Assembly (NCBI GenBank): GCA_964016885.1
Contig: OZ024741.1
Span: 196,912,001-196,976,000, forward strand
Source of the DNA: Eledone cirrhosa
Taxonomy: Eukaryota
DNA: 64,000 nucleotides
Direction: 5' to 3'
Numbering within the stretch: position 1 is the stretch's first letter; each line of letters begins with the position of its first letter. Both the position numbers and the translations under genes were made by a program. This document shows positions 39,753-52,175 of the stretch, in pieces. The notes under the pieces were generated by a model. That model saw nothing but the letters and a program-made list of their open reading frames with translations. It was not told the DNA's origin and ran no database searches.

Positions 39753-39774
39753 GTGAGGTTTTTTTACAAAATGA

Positions 39775-40026
39775 AAAATAACCGATGTGTCCTACACGAG
39801 TGAAAGTACGAGGAAAAAAGATGAAGTCGAAAATGCAGCTGGAGTCTTTTTTTTTTTTAAATATATATTTATTTGGTTCTCACATCTCAGATGTGAGAAA
39901 AACCACAGACCCTCCATCTCAATTCTACTTTTGAAAGCAGAAGAACTGCGAAACCGGTAAAGGAACCAAATAAATATATATTTAAAAAAAAAAGACTCCA
40001 GTTGCATTTTCGATTTCATCTTTTTT

Positions 40027-40030
<4 letters not shown>
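39775..40030. repeat. Fold-back element with a hammerhead-like motif (same family as 62991-63285)
   Basis: About 70-bp inverted arms AGGAAAAAAGATGAA...TTGGTTC / GAACCAA...TTCATCTTTTTTCCT, embedded in (TA)n. Confidence 0.85.
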
Positions 40031-40064
<34 letters not shown>

Positions 40065-40699
40065 TGTCTGTGTGTGTGTAACTATATATGTGTAAGAAAG
40101 CATACGTAAAATAGCGAATTTTGTCTCTGAACTAACGGAAATAAAAAGAATTTGGTGTAGGGGCAGTCACTCTGGCAGTCTGTGAAAAATTTCTTTATCT
40201 TGAATGGTCATGAAATCTAAGTTTAATACTTAAATATTTAGGACTATAGAGTGAAATTATTTGTTTGTATCTGTATAGGTGTTAAATTCATATGTTTGCT
40301 TTTTACAATTCTAGATTTAGTTCAAAAGTAGATCAAAAGATGGCGTTATAATAGCAGATGGCCCCCATTACATGGATATGTGCATAATTATAAATTGGAG
40401 GTATGTATAGGAGGATACAGGATTTAAGAGGAGGATGAAAGAGGGGAGAATGGAGATTTAGGAGAGCAGAGGAAATGGTGGGAAAGTGCTAATCACACCA
40501 GGCCCGTCAACTGTGAGGCTGGATAATTTAGAGGTAGGGCGTTTCAATTTTTAAGTAGGTAACTCTCCAGATAAGGGCAGCTTGTACAAATTTCCATGCT
40601 GAAAGGTAGGCAATCCTTGGAGGGGGAGTCAACCTTTGGAAAATTAATTTTACAGTAACATTTTCTGGATCGGTTAATATTGGCCTTAGTTTCCTCGAG

Positions 40700-41040
40700 T
40701 AAACCCATCTTGTTATAAATATAAATGTAAATGATTGAAATTTGAAAATGTATGTCCCCAATGCAGATAATAACTGCAACAATAGTCAACTACTATAAAT
40801 AATAGATGAGAAAATTGGGTAAAATACTCCTGAGTTGGAAAAATGTGGACACAAGTGCTTCCACGAAATTGAAATCCCCTTGCAGGTGCTTCTGTTTACT
40901 TTTTTCTATCTCGGGGGGTATTTTACTCAATTTTCTCTATTTATTGTGATCAACTGCTATTAGTAATTTTCTGCATTAAGACACATACATTTTCAATTTT
41001 CAAAACTTATCCTATGTTTTCTATGTTATATAAGATTGGT
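40700..41040. repeat. Imperfect long fold-back
   Basis: TTGAAAATGTATGT..AATGCAGA / TCTGCATT..ACATACATTTTCAA and GAGAAAATTGGGTAAAATAC / GTATTTTACTCAATTTTCTC. Confidence 0.75.
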
Positions 41041-41823
41041 TAACTAATTACATTTTCAGCTATATATGTTTGTCTGCATGTGAATATATATATATATATA
41101 TAAACTCATGTATTAGTAATTATATTTCATTGTCCATATGACTGCATTTTTCACAACTAGATTGGACCGGTCTTCAAAAATGTTTTTAAAAAGCAAGATC
41201 AACTGTAACAGTTAATGTTAAAGTAACATTAGTTAGGTTTCCACAATGATCTTTAACCTTAACTGTTAATACAATCAGAAGCGTATTGATTGCATGGCTA
41301 TAATTAGCATATGGTAAATATTTCTTGCAGCTATTTTTTGTTTATTTGACCTCTACATGCATTACATTTGCTTTAGCTATACTTGAATAATAACATCCAT
41401 CCTATTTTACTCGTTTTGTCTTGGTATTTACTACAACTACCCACTATTTCTTACCTAAATTTAGTTACTGCTATATATAGGAAAAGGTTCATCTCATTAA
41501 CATTGTTTTGAGAAGCTGGTAATCCTTGCAAACATTTTGAAGTAAACAGTCACTATTGATAATAAACAAATTATATATATGATAGATGTACAACTGAAGA
41601 AAATATTTCAATAAAGAGGATTCATAGATAGTTATCTGTAAAATGTTATTTCATCAAGACTTGAAGTTTATATACATATATACACATACATAACACCAAC
41701 CTTCTAACAGATTTACTATTCTGACTTAAATCTCATAAGGTAATGTTTAAATGTAACAAGTAATAAGTAGATTCACAACGAGTGTTCTTAGCAGTACAGT
41801 AAAGCCTAGGTGCAGCTACTCAC

Positions 41824-41862
41824 CTAAGAGACGGCAGTTTGCCATAATACACAGGTTTGGCC
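41824..41862 (-). CDS. EML: EML candidate 39-nt cassette exon, (R)AKPVYYGKLPSL
   Basis: tcatttattctag|GGCCAAA...TCTCTTAG|gtgagt. Consensus donor, phase 2-2, open in the frame set by the 49874-50108 exon. Confidence 0.7.
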   Translation of the reverse strand, partial: GQTCVLWQTAVS

Positions 41863-42278
41863 CTAGAATAAATGATAACATCGCAGGTTATGTATACATA
41901 GAAAATAACACTTTTTAATGACACATGACACGTGTTGTCTTGTGTTGGTCAAGATATTGATAGCACTATTAAAAGATAAACTACCTCTGTCATGTAGTTT
42001 TATGACAGTTTTAAGGTTTTGATGAAAGATTGATTCATAAGAAAGAAATTATTTTATTTTAAGTTTGTTACTATCAATTAGATATTTTACTAAAGTTAAT
42101 TTGGAAACTTCAGATTGGTTAATAGCACCAATGACCTTGACAATCAGCTAATATGACTGACAAGTAAATGATGCATTTAGAAAAGTGTTTACTACTTTTA
42201 AATTTTAAACCACATTAATAGGCAGGATTTCAACTTTTTAAGAAAACTAACAATATTCTTTAAAACAAAATACTTGAA

Positions 42279-42500
42279 AGACAATTTAAAGCAGTGATGG
42301 ATAAAGTTAATATGAAGTGTGGTACGTTCATGTGTGGAGAAGACTCTTAAAGACGGAAAAAGAAGTTGCCATCAGCCCAACTTTTTTTTTCTATCTTTAA
42401 GAGTCTTCCCCCTTTTTTATAAGCTATTTTATAACATCTCCACACATGAGTACACCACTCTTTATATCAACTTTATTCCCTCAGCACTTTGAAAATGTCT
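42279..42500. repeat. Imperfect long fold-back
   Basis: ATAAAGTTAATAT..GTGGT..CATGTGTGGAGA / TCTCCACACATG..ACCAC..ATATCAACTTTAT and GAAGACTCTTAAAGA / TCTTTAAGAGTCTTC. Confidence 0.75.
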
Positions 42501-43456
42501 GAGAGATCGCCTACATATACACAATGTTTATTTGAAAGCTAATTTTTATATATAAAATATTTACAGTTTTAAGCAATCCCAGATGTTTTCTTATATCATT
42601 AAACTTTAGCATATATGCTACTGGCATCTTAATATTTAATTTGAATGCCATAAGATAAAACTAGAAATCTTTTGTGGTTATCTTTCATTTCACTGTTGAT
42701 TCTTAACACTAAACAGTTTTATTTAAAATGAAGTTCTTTGTAGATAAATCTGATTCAATGGTGCAATAGAAATAATTAGAAGATCAATGAAATATCTGAA
42801 AAGGCAATGGTAAAAATCAGAATCTATCTATTTAGATTGGACAGTGGCAGTCTTTGGTATTAATATCACAATTACAAAGAAATGACAAAATGTGCTAAAT
42901 AAACTTAAATATCTTCCACAGACAGCCTCTATGGTTTCAAGGTTATTTTGGAATGGAATGTTTTCAAGAAAAAAAAGTAAGGAAAAAAAAAAAAAAAATT
43001 AAATGAAGATCACTCTTTCAAGACAAAGCAAAGCATTAGGATAGGTCATTTTATATTGTGTAAAGTAAATAATTAAGTTGCTTTTTTGCAATTTCAGTCA
43101 TAGCCAAAAGAAAAAGCAAATATTTAAAGAAATAAACAATTAAAATAAAATGCAAAAAGGGTCATAAAAAAATGTGCAAATAAATTATATTTCAAAGCAT
43201 CAATATTTTTCTGGAAACGCCAAATATCATAAAAGCAAAACTGTTTCAATTTGGCTGCATATAATAGGCACATTATACATATATGTATGCACATCCTCAT
43301 GTATATGTATGGATTTTTAAGTGTATACAAAAGTTATTTCTTATATATATATATATATACTAATCTCCTACCCACAAAAATATGGAATACTTTATTTTCT
43401 ATCTGTAAACCTTGTATCCATGAACAAAAGTAATGGAATATATATATGTATGTATG

Positions 43457-43522
<66 letters not shown>

Positions 43523-43935
43523 GCAATGTTTAGTTTTATTACTCATTTTCAGTTTCAGCTTCTGGAGGTAAGTTAGAATCAAGTTTTCTGAAAAAATAGA
43601 AAAATGACAAATGCTGACAGAAAATGATACAAAAAAAAAAAAGAAAATATCTGAAACAAAAAATTAAAATTGTACATAATTAATGGGGAACTGATTCCAG
43701 AAACATGCAAGTATTCTATCAAGAATAAGAAAATACAGACGAAAAAAACCCTATTTACAGAGAAATATAGAAGTCAGCTATTGGATAGTATAGAAATATA
43801 CAAGATTGATTAGATTCAATAATATTCATAAGTAACTGCAAAGGATTGGCTTCTTTTAGGCTAAGTATAAATGTGAAGTATGATGTTAGTGGCATTAACA
43901 AAATTATTATATTTTATATATATGCGCACACACGA

Positions 43936-43979
<44 letters not shown>

Positions 43980-44535
43980 TATACATGTATATGTATATAC
44001 ATATATGTATGTCTATGTGTGTATATATATACATATATATATATAATTTGTGTATATATAGTATGTATATATATATTTTTTTTCTCTTATACAAATAGTT
44101 AACAAATATAATCTATTACTCTGGACAAAGAATGCATGGCTCTGATATTCTTAACTAATTGTTTAAATGTATTATTGGGAAAGACAAAAACACCACAACC
44201 ATAATTTTGCAGAGAAGTAATTGTGTTTCGTCTATCTGATGTTAATCATTCTAAATCTCTTCACATTTGGTTAATTAATAGCCATGCTCTGTTCACATTA
44301 TGAATATAGTAAAGATATTTGGTAAGTAAAAAAAATCAATAACGACCCACTAAAGCTATATAGTCTTTAGTAGAATAACAAAAAAAGCTTCCTTTTATTT
44401 GCAAACATAAATGTTTCCACTTTTTCACTAGCAGCAATGCTGCCAGTGTGTTGCGTTGCATAAAAAAAAACAAAAAAACTCTTAGAGGGAAATCCTAACA
44501 CCCCTTGTATTTTACATTGTTGAAAATCATATATC

Positions 44536-44698
44536 ATCGGTGGAGGGTCGGACGCCATGCTTTCCAGCATAGTTACGTCCCTTTACGATCTGAGTTCAAA
44601 TCCCGCCGAGGTTGACTTTGCCTTACGGGGTCGATAAAATAAAGTACCAGTAATGCACTGGGTAATTGCTGGCCTTGTGCCTAAAGTAGAAACAATTA
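44536..44698 (+). mobile_element. Young tRNA-SINE copy with a small internal deletion
   Basis: Near-identical reverse complement of 1830-2007. Confidence 0.85.
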
Positions 44699-45329
44699 TC
44701 ATCATCATAGACCCCAAGGGTCCTTAGATGCCTTCTGTAATTTCCTCCAAGCAGTCCTGTCCTCTGCCATTCTGATTCCCTGCCAAGGACTCCTGTTGGT
44801 CCATACGCAGATATCATCCAGCACCTTCTTGGCCGCCCGCTACCCCTGCTGCCTGGTACACATCCGTGTATTGCAGTGCTCACCACTCTCAAATCCTTAG
44901 GTTCTGGATTTGATCTCACTGTCTAACTAGGACATCAGAAAGCCTCACTCTAGGTAGAGCCACTACTTCTCCAAATAGAGAGATTACAGTATCTGATATT
45001 ATGGACATGGTTATAATGTCTCAAGAAAGAATCAGTGGACAGATTTTATGGGCAAAACAAACCAATAGGAAACCTAGGAGTAGACCCTGAGCAAGATGGT
45101 TGGATAAGATGTGAGCTCAGCTGGTCTCGCTTGTAGATCTGGCCAGATCAATTGGAGATTGTTACTTCTGACAAGACCCACTGGAAGGAGTGTTTGAGGG
45201 CTCTGCCCCAACGCCCAAGAAAAATAACAGAAAAAGAAAGAAAAAAGAGGGACGGAAATGGTGCAGAAGACAATCATGTGTGTGCATATGTATGAGTGTA
45301 TGCTTATATCAGTATGTTGCGAAAACAAA

Positions 45330-45672
45330 TACTCACGGGTCTCGATTAACCGACGTTCCATGCTTATTCATTTTTCAGATTTCCCCCACCCCTACTCTTA
45401 TTCCAACACAACCCCGCTTATTTAATTTTGCTAATCTATCTCCGTAGAAATTTTAATTTAAGTGGTAACATTTCTGCAACAATTAAAAAACATACATGAC
45501 AAAAGTACATTATTAGAAATCTCATAACAAATAGGATGAGTTGGAGTCTCAATATGTAAACTAAACGACTAATTCTAGTTTTTAAAAAATCAACGGAGAC
45601 AATCTAGAAAAATTACCGACTTTCCACCCCTTCCCGCTTATTCGCTCCCCTATTATTTGGGACCCAAGAGTA
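45330..45672. mobile_element. TA-flanked pogo/Tigger-like MITE
   Basis: Ends TACTCACGGGTCTCGATTAA and (reverse complement) TACTCTTGGGTCCCAAATAA match at 15 of 20 positions. Confidence 0.55.
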
Positions 45673-47940
45673 AATAATTAGTTGTATTCATGTCCGACTG
45701 AGTTATCTCCCCTTAAACCATGGTCCACTTTGTATTGTGTATTTTGCGAGAACAATACGTATGACACACTGAGAACGACACACTCAACTGAAACCCACTG
45801 AAAATGGTACTCTATCTCGGTCACGGTTCAATGGCTGGGAACTGTTAATGAAGAACAAAAGCAGGTAGTTGGACGTATATTTCATAGAAAATATCAGATT
45901 GTAATTTTATCGTACTAGACTTTAATAAACGTCATCTATATTTCACTATCATGTGGAGTGTAGCAAAGAAGTTAGAATTTTAAAAAAAGCAGACATGTCA
46001 ACACTTATCTTTTTTTTAAATTCTAATTTCGAAAGAATACGATCGTGAATACAAACAGTTGAAATGTGTTTCCGCTGAAGGGTCTTTTGAGTAATGTTAC
46101 TCAACAGAGTGAGTAGCTCAAAGATCTGGGAGTCGCTCCAGGTAGAACTGCTCCTTTACTGAATTGAGAGATCACAGCTCCGATACAATGGGCATGTGGT
46201 TAGAATGTCTCAGGATAAAAAAAAAAAAAATTGCTGGACAGATTTTACAGGCAAAAACCAACCGGCAGGAGACCCAAGGTAGACCGTGAGCAAGATGGTC
46301 TCACTTGGGGATTCAGCCAGATCAATTGGAGATGGCTGCTTCTGACAGGACTCATGGGAAGGAGTGTCTGAAGACTCTGCTCTAGGACCCTTCAAAATAT
46401 TCTAGGTCAGTACTCTTTTGTGAGGTATGCAAAATTATGGCTGTGGTGATTATGTCTTTTCCAATAATTGTTTTCAACAACTATTTCAGGATGTTCTTTT
46501 ATAAACTATTTTCCTAATCTGAGGATACTTCACTGAAAAGTGGAGCATCAGTAGCATTCAGTGGCCCACCTGTTGGTAACAGGCCCAACAGAGGGTCTTT
46601 TATAGACTTTTACCATTGCCATTTTGTATTCTAAACATACTTTCCATGTTAGCATGGATAGAGTGTTTTCATTGAACTAATTATTTTTAGACCAAGATGT
46701 TTTTCTTACTCATCCATGATGTAAGATTGAAAAATATTAGATCTATCATGCAAACTGATACAACACAACTAATGATCTAGTTCTTAGCACTATATACCTT
46801 AGACACACAGAATTTTGTATTATATACTCTTATAATAAGCAGTGAATTGGTAGAGTTGTTAGAACATCTGATAGAATGCTTTGTGGTATTCATTCTGGCT
46901 CTCTGTGTACTGATTTCATATCTCACTGAAGTCAACTTTGTCTTTCATTCTTTCAAGGTTGATAAAAAATGTACGAGTCTAGTAATGAGGTAAATTCTTA
47001 CTTGAGACCTCCTTCCACCACCTTTATCTCTCTCTCTCTTTCTTTCCTTGTCTGTAAGAAATTGGCTGAAGAGGAATGGGCACCACAAGGTTTAAAATGT
47101 CCAAGACATACTGTATGTCCTGATGCTCCTATAACTCCATCAGGATTTATGTGTTCATACACATATACTCTTATAATAAATGAAGTTAAGACCAAGGCTT
47201 TTTCTGTAGGACTGATTTTGATGAGCGGTGGTGACCCTAATGAATATTTGATACATCATTTTGATAGCTAATGGTTTCAACAGTGTTTGTGTAAAAAAAA
47301 AAAAACGACAAACTAGTTAAATAGAAAGGGTGTTTTTTCTTTAGGTCAAATGGAATAAGTGAGAAATATATTTAATCAAATAATTTAGAAAATATTTAAA
47401 AACAAATTTGTTAATCAAATGTTTATAGTCTCTTTACTAGTGGGAAGATCATTGTGAAAATTTGCAGTAAACTAAAGACTTTAATTTTTAATGTGAAGCA
47501 GTCACAGGGCTGTTTTGTACCTCTTAAAAATACGTTTTCATGATGTACATGATGTTAATCATTAACCAACACCCTATTACAATGATCAGCTGATTAGTTC
47601 GGTTTTTTTTTTTAAACATTGCATTTCAAGTATTCCTTTGAAAAGGTTTGAAGCGAAATATAGAAAAAAATATTTTCATTAATGTGATGGTTTTAGAAAT
47701 CTGTACCATCAAGTTAAAACAAAACAATATATCATGCAAGTAAACCTGAATACATGGAAGTATTACCTTATACACTCTGAAACAAATCAATTGCCATGCA
47801 ATGAGAGCTGCTGAAAAGTGAATCTCAATATTACAGGGGTCTTTAAATGAAAGGAAGTTTATTTCTGAATAAATAGCAATAACTATTTAAATTTTGTTCA
47901 ACATAGTTAATTAAAATATTACATTTTTTTCTGTGCTTTT

Positions 47941-48058
<118 letters not shown>

Positions 48059-48439
48059 TCCATACTCCTTTTAGTTGTATTCATCTCGGGTGAATCAACG
48101 TGGATGTATCCCTGTTTCTTTCCTTCTCAAAGTAACAGTTACAAGAAGCTAAGGAAACACATTTATTGTAGTTATTTACAGCTAGATAGAAAGAAAAATT
48201 AGCCTCTAATTAATATTTTTTTTTATCTTATTTCAATTTCTTTTAATGTTCCAAGCATTTAACTAATTTAACTACATTTAAGATGTTTTGACAAAACACA
48301 TCTTTACTTCATAATCATATTATATTTAGTGGACTTAAATTATTCTAATATAAAGAAACTAATGAAAACTCAGTAAAAAGCCTGTTCTTGAGAAGTGTAG
48401 ACAACTTATTCTGCTTGAAAACTGCTGGTTCAAAAGTTA

Positions 48440-49152
48440 TCATATATATTTGAATATAAACCAATCCGAATAAAAGCCAAAAGCCTCTATAATATATTTG
48501 AAAAATGTGCAAATATCCAAACCCTCATTTGTAAGCCAAGGCAGCTAATCAACACATTATGTTTAGATGGCATGGTTTTGAAATTCTCATGAGTATAAAA
48601 TATATTTATGAAATTTTAATATTTTTATATTCAAAATGTTTTAAGTATCATTTAGAGTAGAGTTTTGTTTCACAACTCCATTATGTTAAGTTTCAACAAA
48701 TTTCTTGAATTTTTGTTTACTTCCGGCCACTCACTTACTAAGAGTACTTTAAAAGCAAAAGATTGAATAAAGGAACTTTGTATAAGGATTCATAGAGTAT
48801 AAGAGGGAGGGAGAGACAGAAAGTGAGAGGGCGAGAGAGAACGAGAGTGATAAAACACATATCAGAAGTAAGATTTCAATTCTTATATAAGATTGAAAGA
48901 AAAAGTCTTATTAAGTCAGAGAAAAATAGGTGTGTGTGTACGTGTGCATGTGATATTTATGTATTAAAAAATTCAAATTATAAAAATTTGTTCGAAATAT
49001 TTAACAATAATGACAATATTTTAGCAACTTATTTATGTAGAATTTGAAGTTGGTGAAAATCAGCAAAATATTGACCTTAAATATAAGTCAACCCATTTTA
49101 CCATCGATTTTTTTTGTCACATATTTCTCAACTTATATTCGAGTATATACAC
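48440..49152. mobile_element. Decayed pogo/Tigger-like MITE
   Basis: TIR-like ends CATATATATTTGAATATAA / TTATATTCGAGTATATAC with TA flanks and subterminal repeats of the ATATAAG motif. Confidence 0.5.
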
Positions 49153-49873
49153 TATATGCATTATACTATCAAGCTTTGAAACTAGAGTAACTTCCCTTGC
49201 TACAAAATTTTACATTTTGTAATGAGTAGCAGCAAATATCTTATCAGATAAAACACTTTATTATGCCCTGTTTAGGCAGCGAATTCACAGAGTAGTAAGG
49301 GCTTCAAATTAAAAATACTTCAATATTTGTTCTGACTTACTGTACTCTGAGTGCAAATCCTGCCTAGTTCAATTTTGCTTTTCATCCTTTTGAAGTCAAT
49401 AAAGAAACTACCAATACAAGGGTTGATTCTCTCCTTTTCTGGAAGAAATTGATCACGAAAAGGATGGGCCTAAGAGTTAAAGGTTCTTTGCCTTACCTCC
49501 ATCTGGTATGGTGTTTTAGGTTGATGTGGTCAGAACTATCAGGGTCGATGCTTTAATATGCTATTTGCTTTAGTGACCAAGGATTATGTTAAAGGTACAG
49601 ATGCTTGTGAAATACTCAACCATGTAAATTATAATTCAATGAGTAAGCAGTTTAGTTGATCAGACAACAAAGATACTTATTAAAACCAACAATGATCCAT
49701 TTACATTTTTTTTTACATATAAAATATTAAAAATACAAGGAGAAAAAGAAGTACATTCAAACCCAGTCATAAATACAAAATTATTATAGCTTAACTTTAG
49801 CAAAAACAAACAGTGAAGACCAAAAAGAAAAATAGCCCAATAAGTGTGTATAATGAATAATATACTAACTTAC

Positions 49874-50108
49874 CTGAATGGTTTAACATTTCCATCATTA
49901 AGTTCTGTGGTTGTTGACAAAGATGACCATTTTTTAAGATTGGCATTGTTAGCTTTGTGTGATGGAGATGTTCTAGCTGGAGGGGTTGTACTTCGGTGGG
50001 GAGTGCTATGAATACTTTCCACTGGACTTAAGTGGACTGCTTTTTTCTCTCCACGCCGAGTTGCAGATTTAAATGCAGGTTTGGAAGGCAAAATGTTATT
50101 TTGCAACG
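49874..50108 (-). CDS. EML: EML gene exon, basic Ser/Pro/Thr-rich linker
   Basis: gttttgtag|CGTTGC...CCATTCAG|gtaagt, 235 nt, phase 1-2, in frame with the upstream exon. Gives (A)LQNNILPSKPAFKSATRRGEKKAVHLSPVESIHSTPHRSTTPPARTSPSHKANNANLKKWSSLSTTTELNDGNVKPF. Overlaps ORF 49870..50133. Confidence 0.88.
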
Positions 50109-50257
50109 CTACAAAACAAGAAAATATTCTCAAAAGTAAAGAAACTATTATAAAAAGAAGAGTTTTATAAATTTAATTAAATACATGATGGATATTGATT
50201 TCTTTTCTGAATGTAGAAATGTTCTTATAGTTAGTTCATCATTATCTAATGTTCCTT

Positions 50258-50443
50258 GGGCGGTGGATTGGCAGTATCGGTAGAGGGTCGGACGACATGC
50301 TTTGACGTATAGAGTTACAGCCCTTGCCATTCTCAGTTCAAACCCGCTGAGGTTAACTTTGCCTTTCATCCTTACAGGGTCGATAAAATAAAGTACCAGT
50401 AATGCACTGGGTAATTGCTGGCCTTGTGCCAAGAGTAGAAACA
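50258..50443 (+). mobile_element. Full-length young tRNA-SINE with 17-bp TSD
   Basis: ATTATCTAATGTTCCTT at 50241-50257 and 50444-50460; A-box TGGCAGTATCGG, B-box GTTCAAACCC. Confidence 0.93.
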
Positions 50444-51169
50444 ATTATCTAATGTTCCTTTCTCTGTTAACAAGGATTGGATGGGTCATTACAGACCAAG
50501 TTAATATTAATTAGAGCCACTGATTTCACACTACAGAGTGCATCATGTACTTTATCATGGGGCCATTATTAGGAAGGTTTTTATGCCGTATTTTATTGTG
50601 GCACCAGCACTAGGGAGGTTGTTATGTCTTTGTTACACCTGAAGAGTCATTTCTACTTTTTGCTTGGAAAATTTTCTATGGCTGGATACTCTTCACCAAC
50701 TAATATACAAAGTTTACCAAGTGTGTTTTATCGTGTCACCAACATTAGAGAGGTTGTTGTGCCTCCACCCCCATCATAAAGCATAAAATGTTTAACAATT
50801 TTCAATTGCTAAAAATATGATTTTCAAAGAACCAATTATGTTTCGCATATCAAATTTTATCAAAAGCAAAATTGTCATTTTTGTCAAAGTATGGCATAAA
50901 AGTTTATTAAATTTAACATCTATTGTCAGTTATTCCCATTTATATTGGATGAGCCAGTTAAATGTTTTTCTGCTTTAATCTTTGGTATGATTGAAACAGC
51001 TGTTATCTCATCCATTATCTTTCTTCTCAAAATAACCACCATAACAATCAGCCACATACATTTCAAAGCACCATCCTCCTTTTCTAAAATATTTCAACGT
51101 CTTTAAGTATACTAGATGTAACTATTTCCAACAAAACCAACTACACTAATTTTTCTCCTTCCCCCACAT

Positions 51170-52175
51170 ATCCCTGTGAGGGTTGTTGTGGTAGAGTTCT
51201 CAGGCATGCTTTCCAGAGCGTCCTATTAGAAGTAATTGTCTCTGGATGTCCAAGTGAGAGCAACTGAGATTATGGATGTTGTCCAACCATCATACTCATG
51301 GTCTACTTCTGGATCCCCTGCCTGTTAGCTTTACCTATAAAACTTGTGCAGTAGTTCTTCCATAAGACATTCTAACCATATGTTAATTGTATCAGAGCTG
51401 TGATGGCTCTACTGGAGCAACTCCCTGATTTCTGATCTATGCACCCTCTCGAATATTGTCACTCCAAAGACCCTTTGGATGAACCCAATTTAAGCCGCTT
51501 TGGTTATTAACCAAGATTCATGACCATAGGCAAGGGTAGGCCAAATTGAAGATAGTGAGTTTGACTTTTACATCTACCTCCCTTCTTCTGATGATCGAGT
51601 TCTGAAGCTGGCGCATTACTGACTAGCTCCAGCAATTCTTGCATTGAATTCAGTTTCCTGCCTTCTTTCATTCATGAAAATGACTGAGATATTTGAACTC
51701 CTCCACCTGCTTCAGTGTAACTTAACTCACATGCTGCAGATTTTCTCAAGAGGATAAACAGTGTGGTTTTCATCCTGGATGTAGAACAGCCAACTAAATA
51801 TTTACTCTATGGCAAGTCTCCAAGAAGTATGTTTGTTTTGTGGACCATGAACTGGCATATGATCACACTCCCTAGGACTTGTTGTGGAAGTTTCTGCAAG
51901 AGTATGGGATCAACAGGCAGCTTCTAGTATTTGTGTTCGTATAAATGATGCTAAGTTGAAACCATTCAATGTGCGTGTTGGACTCTGCCAAAGGTGTTCT
52001 TTCTTGTTCATAATCTTCAGAACAGGATTGACATGCACACCTGTGTTGGAAGTGGAGTCAAAACCGGCAGGTGTAAAATAAGTTGGCTGATATTTGGAGA
52101 TGATAGGTTTGCTGCTGAATGCTGTATAGCAAGAATGAAAATCGATGCTGTGAAGCCTGAGATATACATAATTCT
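51170..52175. mobile_element. Old RTE-type LINE fragments: 3' part on minus (about 51170-51750), RT part on plus (about 51780-52175)
   Basis: YVCFVD..AYD and VRINDAKLKPFNVRVGLCQ remnants. Related 3' fragments at about 45075-45210, 46075-46390 and 61150-61470. Confidence 0.55.

Noticed and set aside
43552-43567. Plus-strand cattttcag|TTTCAGCTTCTGGAG|gtaagt microexon-like signal
   Set aside because: No other plus-strand exons found to link it to; probably chance.
49497-49535. Possible 39-nt phase 2-2 exon with a gtaagg donor
   Set aside because: No polypyrimidine tract, and the surrounding sequence looks repeat-derived.
50258-50350. tRNA-like A/B boxes
   Set aside because: Part of a multi-copy SINE with TSDs; no intact cloverleaf.
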